A stretch of 64,000 nucleotides of DNA, from contig NC_086097.1 in NCBI RefSeq assembly GCF_963921235.1, positions 73,906,001 through 73,970,000 on the forward strand. Direction: 5' to 3'. Below, in pieces: positions 23,860 to 36,000 of this stretch (positions are counted from its first letter, which is position 1; the number at the start of each line of letters is the position of its first letter). This DNA comes from Mobula hypostoma (Eukaryota). A program made the position numbers and the translations under genes. The notes under the pieces are model-generated. The model made no database searches. It was not told the origin of the DNA and saw only the letters and a list, made by a program, of their open reading frames with translations.

Positions 23860-25990
23860 TGTGGATTATTATCAGTGGCAGCAACATAGACCAACACATT
23901 CTACTGCCTCATGGCCCAATGTAATCCTCACCCAACTATTTCTGTCATGGCAGGGGATCAACCCTGGTTTCAAGAGTGCAGAAGGGCAATCCAGGAGCAC
24001 CACCAGAAACTCCCTAAAAGTAAAGTGAACCTGCTGAAGCTTCAATGCAGTTCTGCATGCATGCACAAAAGACAAACAAAAAATGTGCAGCAGACAGATC
24101 TCAGACTGTCCACCATCAATAAATGGGAACAAAGTTCCGCAGTCCTACCACATCTAATTGTGAATGATGCTGAACAATAAAACTGCAAATGGAGGAGCAT
24201 CCAACCCGGCCCAGCATGTGCACTAGAGATAAGACTGAAGGATTTGCAGTCATGTTCAGTCAGAAATTTATCTCCGATTCTTTGTGAAATCCCTACCATA
24301 GCAAAATCCAGTCTTCAATCAATTTGATTCCCTCCATATAATGTCAAGAAACAACTGAGAGTCATGCTATGACATAATATCCCAACTATGGTACTGAAAA
24401 CTTCTGCCCTGGGTCAAGCTGATTCTCTAGCCAAGTTGCTTCAGTACAATTAAACCACTAGCATCTACTGTAGAATATTGACAAATGTGCCTTCTTTCCA
24501 ATCGGCAGTACAAATGTAACCAAGTAAATGAATGCCTACTCTCAGTCTTCAACATGAGGATGGAAGATGTTATCAGTTTATTCCTTAATAAGTTACTAAC
24601 TGACGTACAGTTGTGTTTCACCAGAAGCAATCGGCTTGCTCCGATCATAGACTGAAGAACTGAATCCAGAGATGAAGTGAGAGCTCTTACCCTTGGTATC
24701 AAGTCAGCATTTGGCAAAGTATGGTATCAAGGCACCCTGCCTGATTGGGGAAATGAATGGGCATCAAGCCGTAAAAAACACTATGTGTCAGAATTGCAAA
24801 GGAAGATGGTTGTTACTATCTAATCCCTGTCCTGGGACGTTATTGCAGGAGTTCTTCAGTGCTGTGTCCTAGGCCCAGTCATCTTTGGCTTCTTCATCAA
24901 TGATCCTCCTTCCAAGATAAGACCAGCAGTGATGTTGATTGTTGAATACTGCATAATGCTCATGTATACTTAGAAATCTTCACCAAATACACCAATCCAG
25001 CTTGGCTGAAGGAAGTGCAAGGCAGCATTAAGGCATGGGCTGATAAATGGCAAGTAAAAGCCACTTCACTCAAGTGCAAGGCAATGACCTATCATATAAC
25101 AGACTCCATTGGGCTCTCCGTGACATTCCAAGGTATTGTCCATCATTGACCTCCCTACCAGCAATATCCTGCAAGTACCATAAACCACAATATCACCTGG
25201 AACAACCAGGCAAAATTTTACGGCTGTAAGAACTCATTAAAGATTAGGTGTTCAGTGGTGACTGACTCAACTCCAGACACCCCAGAGCCTTTAACTATCT
25301 ACAAGGCAAAAGTCAGCACCGTGATGGAATGCTCTCAACGTACTGCAAATCCAAAAACACTCACAAAAGTCAACACTCTAATGGACAAAATAGCCTGCTA
25401 GATTGGCAGCCCATCAATCACCATAAACATTCATCGCCAGTGCCCAGTACCTGCAATGTGTGCCAACTACAAAACATATGGCTGGTATCAACAGGAATTC
25501 TGCAGATGCTGGAAATTCAAGCAACATACATCAAAGTTGCTGGTGAACGCAGCAGGCCAAGCAGCATCTATAGGAAGAGGCGCAGTCGACGTTTCAGGCC
25601 GAGACCCTTCGTCAGGACGAAGGGTCTCGGCCTGAAACGTCGACTGCGCCTCTTCCTATAGATGCTGCTTGGCCTGCTGCGTTCACCAGCAACTTTGATG
25701 TATGTGGCTGGTATCAACTTGGCTACTCCAACATCTCCCAACCCAGTACCCACCATGGGCAGCAGGCACAAGAACCCCAGCTCCTGCAGGTCACACACCA
25801 ACCTCACTGAAAAATACTTGAGGTCCTTCATTGACACTGGCTCTAACTTCTTGATAACACCGTTGAAGTACTCTCACCAGAAGGAGAGCAGCAATTCATT
25901 ACGTCCTGCTCAAGGAATTTAGGTTTGGGTAATAAGTACCAACCTTGCTAACAATATTTGCATCTTAAGAAATGAATAAAGAAAAAAAAA
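23860..25990 (+). mobile_element. Very old CR1/L2-group LINE remnant
   Basis: DQPWFQECRRA, a decayed GVLQCCVLGPVIF..FIND (GVPQGSVLGP-like) segment, and a 3' end gaataaagaaaaaaaaa. Confidence 0.65.
25493..25704. mobile_element. Penelope pseudo-LTR-derived fold-back insertion containing a perfect 90-bp inverted repeat
   Basis: Arms 25524-25613 and 25616-25705 are exact reverse complements around the spacer ag. Direct repeat tggctggtatcaac at 25479-92 and 25705-18. Confidence 0.92.
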
Positions 25991-26479
25991 GAGAAACAGT
26001 GGGTCTTTTGTTGTGTGAGCCACTTTACTACCTTTATAAAACTTGAATAGCTACAAATAGCAGCACAACTGCATGATGGAACAGCTACAACTTAAAATAG
26101 ATTGTTGTCCCCTTAATTTTAAAATTGATCCTAACACAGGGCTTCTGTTGAGCTGGCCAAAGACGCAAGGGTCGGTCTAGGCTTACAAGGTCCTTTGCCA
26201 CTTTTGTTTTTATCCTCATAGAATGCAAACACAGCCTTCCTCTCCTTTAATTTCTTCCTGAGGTCTCGTAACCTTGGCTTTGAATGTGCTCACTGACAAC
26301 TAGTTCCAGCTGCTGTTAACCTTACGGTATATTGAAGAAATGTTGATAACATCTAACATCCACAACATTACGTAATTAGTCCTGGATTATGTCCAGATTT
26401 TCCCATCATTAAGACAAATACAACAAAATACATACATACAGTACGGATATACTGACATATGCACTATCAGGCTACTTAG

Positions 26480-27250
26480 AACTTTTCATCCTGCTCTGCA
26501 CTTCAGCAATATCATGGCTGATCAGCTTGTGATCTCAGTTCTGCATTCTCCTCAACTTGAGGTAACTCTTTATCTTTTGCTTATTATGAAGGTAAATAGC
26601 TTCACCTTAAAAATATTTAAAGACTGCTTTCCCTGTCCTTTGAAGGAAGAGTGTTCCATGATCTCATGACCCAGTAGGAATAAAGAAACTCAGCTCCTCT
26701 CCCCATCTTACTTTCAAACATTGACTCCTGGTTCTCGATTCACACGTAAAAGGAAATGTTGGCTTCACTTCCAACTAATCAAAGCCCCTCAGGATTACAC
26801 TTGTTTCAATCAAGTCTCTTACTCTTCTAAACGAGAGCTGGGACTCCCAACCTTTCTTATGCCCTACCATTAACCGAGGGGTCAGAGGAAGTCAGGGTGA
26901 GAATCCTTGCTCTGAAGGATAAACAACCAGTCCTTCTAACCTTTCCTCATAAGGCAACATAGCCATTCTAGGTATCAATCTAGCAAACTTTCTCTGAAAT
27001 GCTCCCTATGGAGGAAACTACAACTACACCCAAAATCCTGATGTGGTTTCATCAGTGTCCTCATTAGCGGAAGCATAACCTCCCACTAAATGTTCTTTGC
27101 AGTAATAATAACAAAAAGACTCTGGTAGATTTCCTGTTTATTTGCTACCTCTGCATATGATTTCTTTTGCACCAGAATATCCAGACCCTTCTGCATCACT
27201 GAGCTCTCCAAACTCTCACCATTTAAACAATATGCTTTTTTCTATTTTTC
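26480..27250 (-). mobile_element. Old CR1 3' fragment
   Basis: Decayed version of the 3' UTR and RT end seen in the young CR1 at 39.7-40.5 kb. Confidence 0.6.
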
Positions 27251-27569
27251 CTGCGCTTACAAATTGGCTTTCAAAAATTTAGTACATTAATAAGTACTAA
27301 ATCAGTCAAAGCTTTTGAGCTCCTGGCAAAGACAAAACTAAGCATAAATGTAGATGAACCTGTTTGGGATTTAGAATGCAAAAGAATTTGCATGTATTCA
27401 TATGCACCACTGCTTCTAATTGGATAGGAAAGGAGCAGGAGGTCTGGATTACAAATCTGGGTCGTGATGGATCGCCAGGTGCCATTATCACATGTCTGTA
27501 AAGCTCAAGTGGCTGCTATATAGTAGCACAATACAGTGGAATGGACTGGCTCCCAGGAGTTAACCAGGA

Positions 27570-27835
27570 AATCGAGACTGACATTCCCACATACCTCTAA
27601 AAGAGTGCAGCATTGCTGGTGATGCTCTCTTTTGTTTGAGGCTTTAAACCAAAGCTCTCTCTTCCCTCTCAGGAGGATCATAAAAGATCACAAAAATCCT
27701 ATTTGATCTTAACTATGGATAACATTTATCACCGAACCAACAACAATAAAAGCAGATTGCTTATCTCACAGATTTTCCTACATTGCATCAGTGAGGACTC
27801 TTTGAGGGTACTTTATTGTCAATGAAGCCCTTTAC
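27570..27835 (+). mobile_element. DeuSINE (SacSINE1-like) remnant
   Basis: gaggctttaaaccaaagctctctcttccctctcaggaggatcataaaagatc..aacatttatcaccgaaccaac..aaaagcagattg..tttcctacattgcatcagtga resembles the Deu domain as I recall it. Confidence 0.6.
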
Positions 27836-28599
27836 ACTGAATTTCTCTTAATCTTAAAGTGCTGATGAAATTCTGCAGAGGACTTAACCACGTGGATGAA
27901 GGAAAAATAGAGGGCTATATGGGAGGGAAGAGTTAGAATGATCTTGAAGTAGATTAAAAGATAAGCACAGTTTGGGCTGATGGGGCTGTATCGTGCTGTA
28001 CTGTTCTGTGTGCTCATAACTGCTGCTTATTTTAAACTGTGTGTATATTTAAGAATGCATATATTTGGTTGGTCCTATCCAATACCTAGATATAAAAAGG
28101 CACTTAGTCAACTTAAGCACTGAACATAATTTCACATTAAAAGATCAGGCTTGTTGCTCAGGAATTGGTGAAGTTGCTCCAAGGAACAGGAGCTTAGACT
28201 ACTGGGGCCTGCAAAGCTCCTGCGCAGCCCTCTGACTGGATGTTGATTTTTCCAGTTTTCTGTTTGACCCAGTCCTGTCAAGCCAGTCAAATCTTGATCC
28301 ACCCAACCAAATGAAGTACTGACACTTAATAACTTGTGAAAAAGAGATGTAAAAGGTCACGTGACGAAACCATTGAATAGAGTTGCGTATTTAAATAAAT
28401 CAATCTCATGATTCAATAATCATAGAACTTTGCATAAAGACAATTATTAACACATCAGTTAACCTTTCAATAATATTCAATTTGTCATCAAAATTGAACA
28501 ATAAAATAAATGTTATCACAGATGTGAAATTAGGTGAATTAGAAGGTATACCTGAATAAGGACATATTTTTCTAGAGCACAATAGAAAAAGGTCCTATC

Positions 28600-28860
28600 T
28601 CTCTTCACAGAGATTTGGACAAGAAGATGATTTTGGAAGCTTGAAAGGACCTCTTAAAGAATGAAAAGATTCGATATAGGCAGAAAACATTAGGTAGGGA
28701 ATTCCAGAACATGGTCTGTAGATCTCTGAAAGCATGGCCACCTACACATGACTTTGAGGTGATTGAGAGTGGAAGAAGAGGAGAGAAAACACAAGAGACC
28801 AAATTCAAAGGAAAGCACAGCTTGAGGAGATAGGTTGTGAGTATTGATGGCATTCAATGC
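28600..28860 (-). mobile_element. L2 LINE 3' remnant
   Basis: ORF 28605-28853 contains VGGHAFRDLQTMFWNSLP..FFKRSFQ, resembling the L2 ORF2 C-terminal GGRAF....P.LWNSLP motif. Confidence 0.6.
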
Positions 28861-28997
28861 TTTCAAAATGCTCATCTCAAAATGTCAGACAACTCCAGGA
28901 TTTAAATTTATATCTCCTAGTCAGTGGTTTAACCTCCTGCTATTGGAGTTATGTGTTTTCAACTAAACAGTCATTTATAGTAAAGGAATAACCTTAC

Positions 28998-29388
28998 CTC
29001 TGTGCACTAAGCTGGGATTTATGGCATCTTCACAGTAGAAAATTTTGAAGCAGAGAGGAAGCACATCCTGAGGGAGTGTATCTATTGCTTGCTGGAAGGC
29101 AACAGCTAGTTCTTGCAGTGCAACTTGCAAATTCAATGAAGTCACTGAAGGCAGCAGAAGACTTAGAGTCAATGAGACTGCTGCACGACACATCGAACTT
29201 GACATCACCATTTTACAATCAATTTCATAACTTTCCAGCTTCTTATTTAGGATGAAGGATTTCCTCTCACTGGCACTGCTGGTCAGGGCAATGATGTGCC
29301 ACTCCACTGCAGCAGCTTTAGGCAGATGTGGGATGGCGGCTACCACCAGTATCCCAGGTACAGGTTCTGCCATCTGATAAGCTTCATC
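28998..29388 (-). CDS. dph6: Internal coding exon (391 nt, phase 0 to phase 1) of long-form diphthine-ammonia ligase: end of a Rid/YjgF-like domain plus C-terminal extension
   Basis: Acceptor ttttgctcatttcccttggttacag|GAT and donor AGAG|gtaagg, with an open frame throughout. Translation DEAYQMAEPVPGILVVAAIPHLPKAAAVEWHIIAL...VLPLCFKIFYCEDAINPSLVHR(G). LPKxAxVEW is the Rid-fold C-terminal motif in the form seen in DPH6 proteins. The gene name is by recognition, not by search. Confidence 0.85.
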
Positions 29389-32300
29389 CTGTAACCAAGG
29401 GAAATGAGCAAAATGAATACGTCACATAACTCCTCACATCTGGCCTATTACTCTGATTATTCCTTGCAAGGTGTCTGCAATCAGTGAATAAGATTTAAAA
29501 GTTAACTCTTTGATTGCTACTGACCGTGTTGCATGTGGGTACCACTTTCTCACTGAGGTAGACTGACCAAGCAGTGCATGGCCTAAGTTTGTCAACAGCT
29601 TTCACCAGGATAACACTTACCCAAATCATTTCCAGAGAGCAAAGAGACCTGTGTGCAAGTATTGAAACAAGCAGCCTGCCTGACAGGTGAAAGTGGAAGG
29701 GCTTTATAGTTGTAACTTGTAAAGAAACCAGTTCCAGTGTAAAAGGAAGATAAAAACAATATCCTTTCCACGAGGCAGCTGATTGCTCTTCAGAAGAATT
29801 CTCTTCGCAATCCCACATTAAAACTGAAAATACATTCAGTGAGTCCTCAGAATTAAAAAAAACTAATATTATATCTACATTTTTAATTTTTTTACATTCC
29901 CGTGTTGTGCTCAGCCGGTTAAACCAAGGCAAAAAGTCCAGATAAGCAGTAACAAAAATGAAGACAAGTATTTTGCATTTTAACTGGCACAGATATTCCA
30001 GGTCAGGCATGGTCTTTCCAAGCTCAAAGTAGTGCTTCCAGACAAGTAATTAAATCCAGGCTTACATACGGATTCTCTTCACTTTTTTGGTTTCTCGATT
30101 TAAGCACTCAAATATCTTGAACTGATCCCAATGTGCAAAATTATATTTAAGGAATTGCTGATTAATAAAAAACACATGTACCAAATACAGTTCAGAGGTC
30201 ATCAGGCACCCAAACGGTATCTTATCCAAGAGACCAATATTCACGTGCTAACTCCCACAGTATATCAGGATTTGATTAAACTGCAGTAGGCTGCAGCAAC
30301 CGAGGTAGAATCACTGGAGATCATTGAGTTGTTAAGGAGCAGCACTCTTGCTCAGCTTCTCTTTCTTACTCAAGAAAGCAGAAACAACACATTGGCTGAG
30401 ATCCCCCCGTCTTGGCATAGAATAAAGAAAATATATAAAACTTTCTGATCCCATGAGTAAAACGACTTCTTTGAGCAAGAAATTTAATGCTATCTCAAGT
30501 GTGGGTCAGATGGTAAGAAACAAAACCCGAGACAAAGTTAATTTATAAATAGAATCATTTGGTAATGGAAATGTATGGATCCCACCTTGGGGGGTATATG
30601 CCTACATGAGACTTATACAAAGTACCGATGGATCCACATTATTAAAAACTATGGGACACTAATGGAGCAATTTGATTTTTATGAAGCAGACAAGTAAATT
30701 TAGCATTACTAACTACTTGCTATTTTCTCAGTTTGTTTTTGGAAAGTCTTTATTCGCTATTTGGTGAAACCAAAGTTTGTCAACAAACCCTATCTGCCAT
30801 ACATTGTTTTGGGGTGTGGCAAGAGAAAAAATTGGTTTCATCCAGTTTAAGATTAGGACATTTCTCTTTGACCCCTGAAGATAGCTTGTTAAGCTCAAGG
30901 ATTCAATAACAGTTACTTCCTCACCTCTTTCCCACAAAGAGATATTTTCCATTCACTGGAACTTCTCTAAAGAATCCTGATCAGTTGCTCCTGGTTTGGA
31001 TAGGAATGTGGGGCGAGGGATAAAGTGGGGGGGATGTTTAATTTGAGTGCAGTTACTCACTCAACTCAAAGCAAGTGTTGCATTCAAGTTCTGTCCTCAC
31101 GAACTATTTGTTGAACAACTATGGGCATCACATGCAAGTCCTACTGCAGGAAGCAGAAAAGGAAAACCAGCTAGCCTTAGTTCTCAGGAGGCTGACTCCC
31201 AGGCTTGCGAGGGGGGTTCTGAGTGTGGTGAGGGTGAAGGAGTGCTTGTCTGGAGAAGGAAGAAAGGCTCAGCAGTTTGGCGAATGTTTTGGCCAGGCTC
31301 AGAGGGCACTCTGACTCTACCTGTTCACCCATAAATTTGAAAAAGAACATATTTAATTATATCTTTCAGAGAAGATGGCAGGTGGTCTTTTTAGTAGTCA
31401 TTGATAAACGAAGCTTTAAAAGATTCTCATGTCATCTCTGTTCCAAACTACTTATTTTTGATTGGGACATTTTTGAAATTGCAGTTTGGTATTTTTATCC
31501 CCAATCTCACTGAAGTTGATTGATATATTTCTTACTGCCTCATTTATTGCTCGATTAACATTTGATCCAGTCTGAAAGAACTAAGATAAACCAATGCAGG
31601 TATTGGCTGTACAGTCATTCAAGATTTCTTCACTATTGAACTGAAAAGTATTGTGACTGTATCTGTCAGTGATTTAGTAGTCAAATTATGAAATGAAGTA
31701 TCTGGAACCTATTATTATTCACTGATCTTGTGGCTCACTTTGCTGCCAGGATATTCCAACATCGAATCCTTCTCGTGTCCAAAAATCTATTGATCCCAGA
31801 CAAGAATGTACTCAATAACTGAGCATCCACAACACTGGTGGAAAATTCCAGAGATTTACAACCCCCTGTGTGAAGAAATTTGTTCTCCTCATAGTATTAC
31901 AAGGCCTTCCTTTTATTGTGAGACCATGGCATCTTTGTCCCACTTATTCTTCTCCACTGCAGTGAATATAGACTAATCTTAGTCAATGTATCTCTACAAG
32001 ACAACCTTCCTCTGCAATCCCCCCACACCCAATACCAGCAACCAATCCATTTTCTAAATGTCAAGTCTTAAGAATTGACTATTATGGTCTGACAAATTAT
32101 TACATGAAATTATAAACAATGACATAATAAGATTGAAGATAATATTGGTACATTTGTTTCAAGAGCATACATTTTTATCTGGATAAATTTGTTTTGAATC
32201 ATTCTATGAGGAGGAAGAAAAAACAAAAGTTTGTAAATTAAATGTATCTTTAAAATGGTTTCATCATAATGACAGCAACCAAAAGTTCTCTTTTGTAAAC

Positions 32301-33617
32301 TTGTCATGTTAGGATTTCACACTCTCACATCTCATCATAGTAAGCTTCATATTTCACAAATCAAACCACTTCACTTTTTCTTTGTAAAAGCTTTAACCTA
32401 ATAGTTGAGCACTTCAAAATAAGCTTTAGCCACAGTGACATCACAGTAACAGAATTAAATGTAACTCTCAATAAAAATTTTCCCACCCTTTGAAAATTAT
32501 TTTTTTCTACTCGTTATTTGCTTCTTAAAATGGGGCAGAAATGAACTTAATAAATTACTAAGTGAAAAATAAAATCTGTATATGCATCAATAAGGGCATA
32601 ACATTTATCCCTCTTTCAATTTACAGGATCAATTTTCATCCACTTGCACTTGGCGAGTGGTGCATAATAATAGGTTACACGTACTCCATTTCACAACCTG
32701 GCTACTAAATTATTGCAAGGAATACCTACAGCCATTTTTCTGCAGTGCAACATATTGCTGCTTGATTGTAGTGTACAGTTTAAATAAATGTTAGCAGAGA
32801 CTAATTGTATATCAACAGCAAACAATCACACAAGTATCCTTGTTGTGCGAGGAATGACAAAGATAGAAATGATTTTACTTCAAATTGCTCGCACTTGAGA
32901 CACAATAACATTTCACAGACAGCATTTTGCTTTTGGTGTATTAGGTATGGCAGAGAAGCAGTGTAAAGTTACCGACAGATAAATGTTGCATTAGCACTTA
33001 CACAGGCAAGCTATTCTCCTTCAGGAGACAAATTCTATCCTTGTCAATACTAATTCTACTCCAAGTGGTTGGAAACTGTTTGAAAAGATGAAAATTAGAG
33101 CTCAGCACTGGAAAAAGCCAAGCTCGCTCATGCTTAAAGGTCATTTGTTGGCCCAAGGTACTGAGGTGCAGCTTGCAAACATATCCACAACTTCCAGGTC
33201 AACCCATTCATCTACAGTAAACTTTTATTTTTTTTTACTCAACCTGTCACAGGTTGTAATGTCAATATTCTTCCACTTAGAACAAACTGATCCTTTAATA
33301 ATGTGAACAACATTTTACATAAATGAATTGTGTAAAATATTCCACTGTAATGGAAGTTAATTCAACTTTGTTCAATATGCGTGAGAAAGAAATATTTTAA
33401 GAGAAATATAAATATCAAAATCACAATTACATCAGAATCAGGCTTATTATCATGAAATTTATTGTTCTGTAGCAGAAATACAGTGCAAGACATAATAATG
33501 ACAACAAATTACGAAATTAAATACATAGTACAAAAGGTGAATAATGTGTTAATGATCATGTGTTCATGGAGAGTTCAGAAATCTGATGGCAGAGGAGAAG
33601 ATGCTGTTCCAAAATTG

Positions 33618-34905
33618 TTAACATAGAACACAGAAATCCACAGTACATTACAGGCCCTTTGGCCCACAATGTTGTGTCAACCATGTAAACTACTCTAGAA
33701 GCTACCTAGAATTTCCCTACTGCATAGCCCTCTATTTTTCTAAGCTCCATGTATTTATCTAAGAGTCTCTTAAAATACCCTATTGTATCTGCCTCTACCA
33801 CCATCGCTGGCAGTGCATTCCACGCACCCACTTCCAAGCACCTTAAAACTATGCCCCCTTGTATTAGCCATTTCAGCCCTGGGAAAAAGCCTCTGGCTAT
33901 CCACACAATCCATGCCTCTCATCACCTATACATCTCTATCAGGTCACCTCTCATCCTCCATTGTTCCAAGGAGAAAAGGCCAAGTTCACTCAATCTGTTC
34001 TCACGCTCTCCAATCCAGGCAACATCCCTGTAGATCTCCTCTGCACTCTCTCTATAGTTTCCACATCCTTCCCATAGTGGTGACCAGAACTGAACACACT
34101 GACTCCAAGTGGGGTCTAACTAAGATCTTAAGTAGCTTTAACATTACCTCACGGCTCTTGAACTTAATCCCACGACTGAGGAAGGCCATCACACCACACA
34201 CTTTCTTCAGAACACTGTCAACCTGTGCAGCCGCTTTGAGTGTCCTATAGACATGGACCCTAAGATCTTGCTGATCCTCCACACTGCCAAAAGTCTTACC
34301 ATTAATACTTCAAATTTGACCTACCGAAATGAACCACTTCACATTTTATCTGGGCTGAACTCCACCTGTCACTTCTCAGTCCAGTTCTGCATTCTACTGA
34401 TGTCCTGCTGTAACCTCTGACAACCCTCCAGACTCTCCAAACACCCCCCAACTTTTGTGTCATTAGCAAACTTACTAACCCACCCTTCTACTTCCTCATC
34501 AAGATCATTTATAATAATCACAAAGAGGAGGGGTCCCAGAACAGATCCCTGTGGAACACCACTGGTCACCGTTCTCCACGCAGAATACGAACCATCTACA
34601 ACCACCCTTTGCCTTTGTGGGCAAGCCAAATCTGGATCCACAAAGCAGGGTCTCCTTGGATCCCACGCCTCATTAATTTCCGAATCAGCTTTGCACGGGG
34701 AACTTTATCAAGTGCCTTACTGAAATCCATTTACACTACATCCAATGCTCTACCTTCATCAATGTGTTTTGTTACACCGTCAAAGAATTCAATCAGGCTT
34801 GCAAGGCATAACCTGCCTTGACAAAGCCATGTGGACTATCCCTATTCAGATTATGTCTCTCCAAATGCTCATAAATTCTGCCTCTCAAAACTTCTCCAAC
34901 AACAT
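33618..34905 (-). mobile_element. CR1 LINE 3' fragment, decayed
   Basis: WRTVTSGVPQGSVLGPLLFVIIINDLDEEVEGWVSKFANDTKVGG and LVRPHLE. Tail near 33620. Confidence 0.92.
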
Positions 34906-34921
34906 TGCACTTTCCACAATG

Positions 34922-35124
34922 CAACACACATAAAAGTTGCTGGTGAACACAGCAGGCCAGGCAGCATCTCTAGGAAGAGGTACAGTCGACATTTGTCCTG
35001 ACTAAGGGTCTCAACCCAAAACGTCGACTGTACCTCTTCCTAGAGATGCTGCCTGGTCTGCTGCGTTCACCAACAACTTTTATGTGTGTTGCTTGAAATT
35101 CCAGCATCTGCAGATTTCCTCGTG
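34922..35124. mobile_element. Penelope pseudo-LTR-derived fold-back insertion (~70-bp arms, 11-bp TSD)
   Basis: tttccacaatg at 34911-21 and 35125-35. Arms 34921-34990 and 35023-35092 are near-perfect inverted repeats around a decayed hammerhead core. Confidence 0.9.
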
Positions 35125-35399
35125 TTTCCACAATGGTTGTTCGTCAGTCTTAGTTTGTGTATGATTTTTCGTACAGTCTATCGTATTTTTTTATTTTTCC
35201 TTTAAATGCCTGCAAGAAAATGGATCTCAATGTAGTATAGGGTAATATATACTTATTTATTATTATTAGTATTAATTATTATAATATATAAAATTAATAA
35301 ATAATATTATACTTACTAATATATATTTACTTTGAAAGTTACTTTGATTTTGAGTGTGGGTTTTCAGGCTCCTGTACCTCCTCCGTGAAGAGGTAATGA

Positions 35400-36000
35400 G
35401 ATAAGGTGTTGTTCCTCAAGCTTGCTTTTGGTCCTGTTAAAACCTTGTTGGAGGCTACAAACAGCTAGGTCAGAGTCGGAATGGGAGCTAGAGATAGAAA
35501 TAAAGCAGAAGGTAAAGGAAGCTCAGGGTTGCCCTGCCAGACTGAGTGCAGGCTCTTTGTGTTTGGTTTCTCCAGGGTAGAGGTGAACACTGAATACAGC
35601 ATTCAAGGTTGGTTGAAGGATTGTTTGAATCAATGAATGATTAGAAGGGACATAGTCAAAAGACCTGTGTTTGCGTGGGAAAGAGTCATTACAGGAAGTT
35701 TGTTTATGGGGGAAGAAGAAAGTGGAAAGGAGGGGAAGATATGTCTAGTTGTCAAACCTTGTTGAAGATGGCAATGCAGGAGAGGTTGATGTGTTCAACA
35801 TTGATTCAGGCGATGTAGAAGGTGAGAATCAGGGGAAGTTTACTCATTCTCTGTCCTGGAGAGAGATGAGAAGACAAATGTGGAACCAAGACTAAGTGTA
35901 GACAAAGGTCTGTTAGGTAGGCTAGAGGAAAAGCCATGACTCATAAAGAAGGAAAACATCTAAGAGGCATCAATGTGGATATTTTTGTCATTGAAGCAAA
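35400..36000 (-). mobile_element. Very old Penelope-like remnant
   Basis: Weak colinearity with 4700-5300 (for example aaggtgttgttcctcaagcttg and aaagaaggaaaacatct). Confidence 0.5.

Noticed and set aside
25329..25922. Mirror-image ORFs sharing ATYIKVAGERSRPSSIYRKRR on both strands
   Set aside because: Artefact of the DNA palindrome, not proteins.
1..28997. Search for the next (probably terminal) dph6 exon starting in phase 1
   Set aside because: No segment with a good acceptor and a plausible DPH6 C-terminal peptide was found by eye. It probably lies beyond the left edge, though I may have missed it.
29495..30010. 171-aa minus-strand ORF next to the dph6 exon
   Set aside because: No recognisable domain or convincing splice context; likely a chance ORF.
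32431..32470. cacagtg heptamers (also near 7569, 17672 and 45636) as possible V(D)J recombination signals
   Set aside because: No properly spaced acaaaaacc nonamer and no V, D or J segments nearby.
35240..35335. Extremely AT-rich stretch
   Set aside because: Low-complexity expansion within a retroelement 3' tail.
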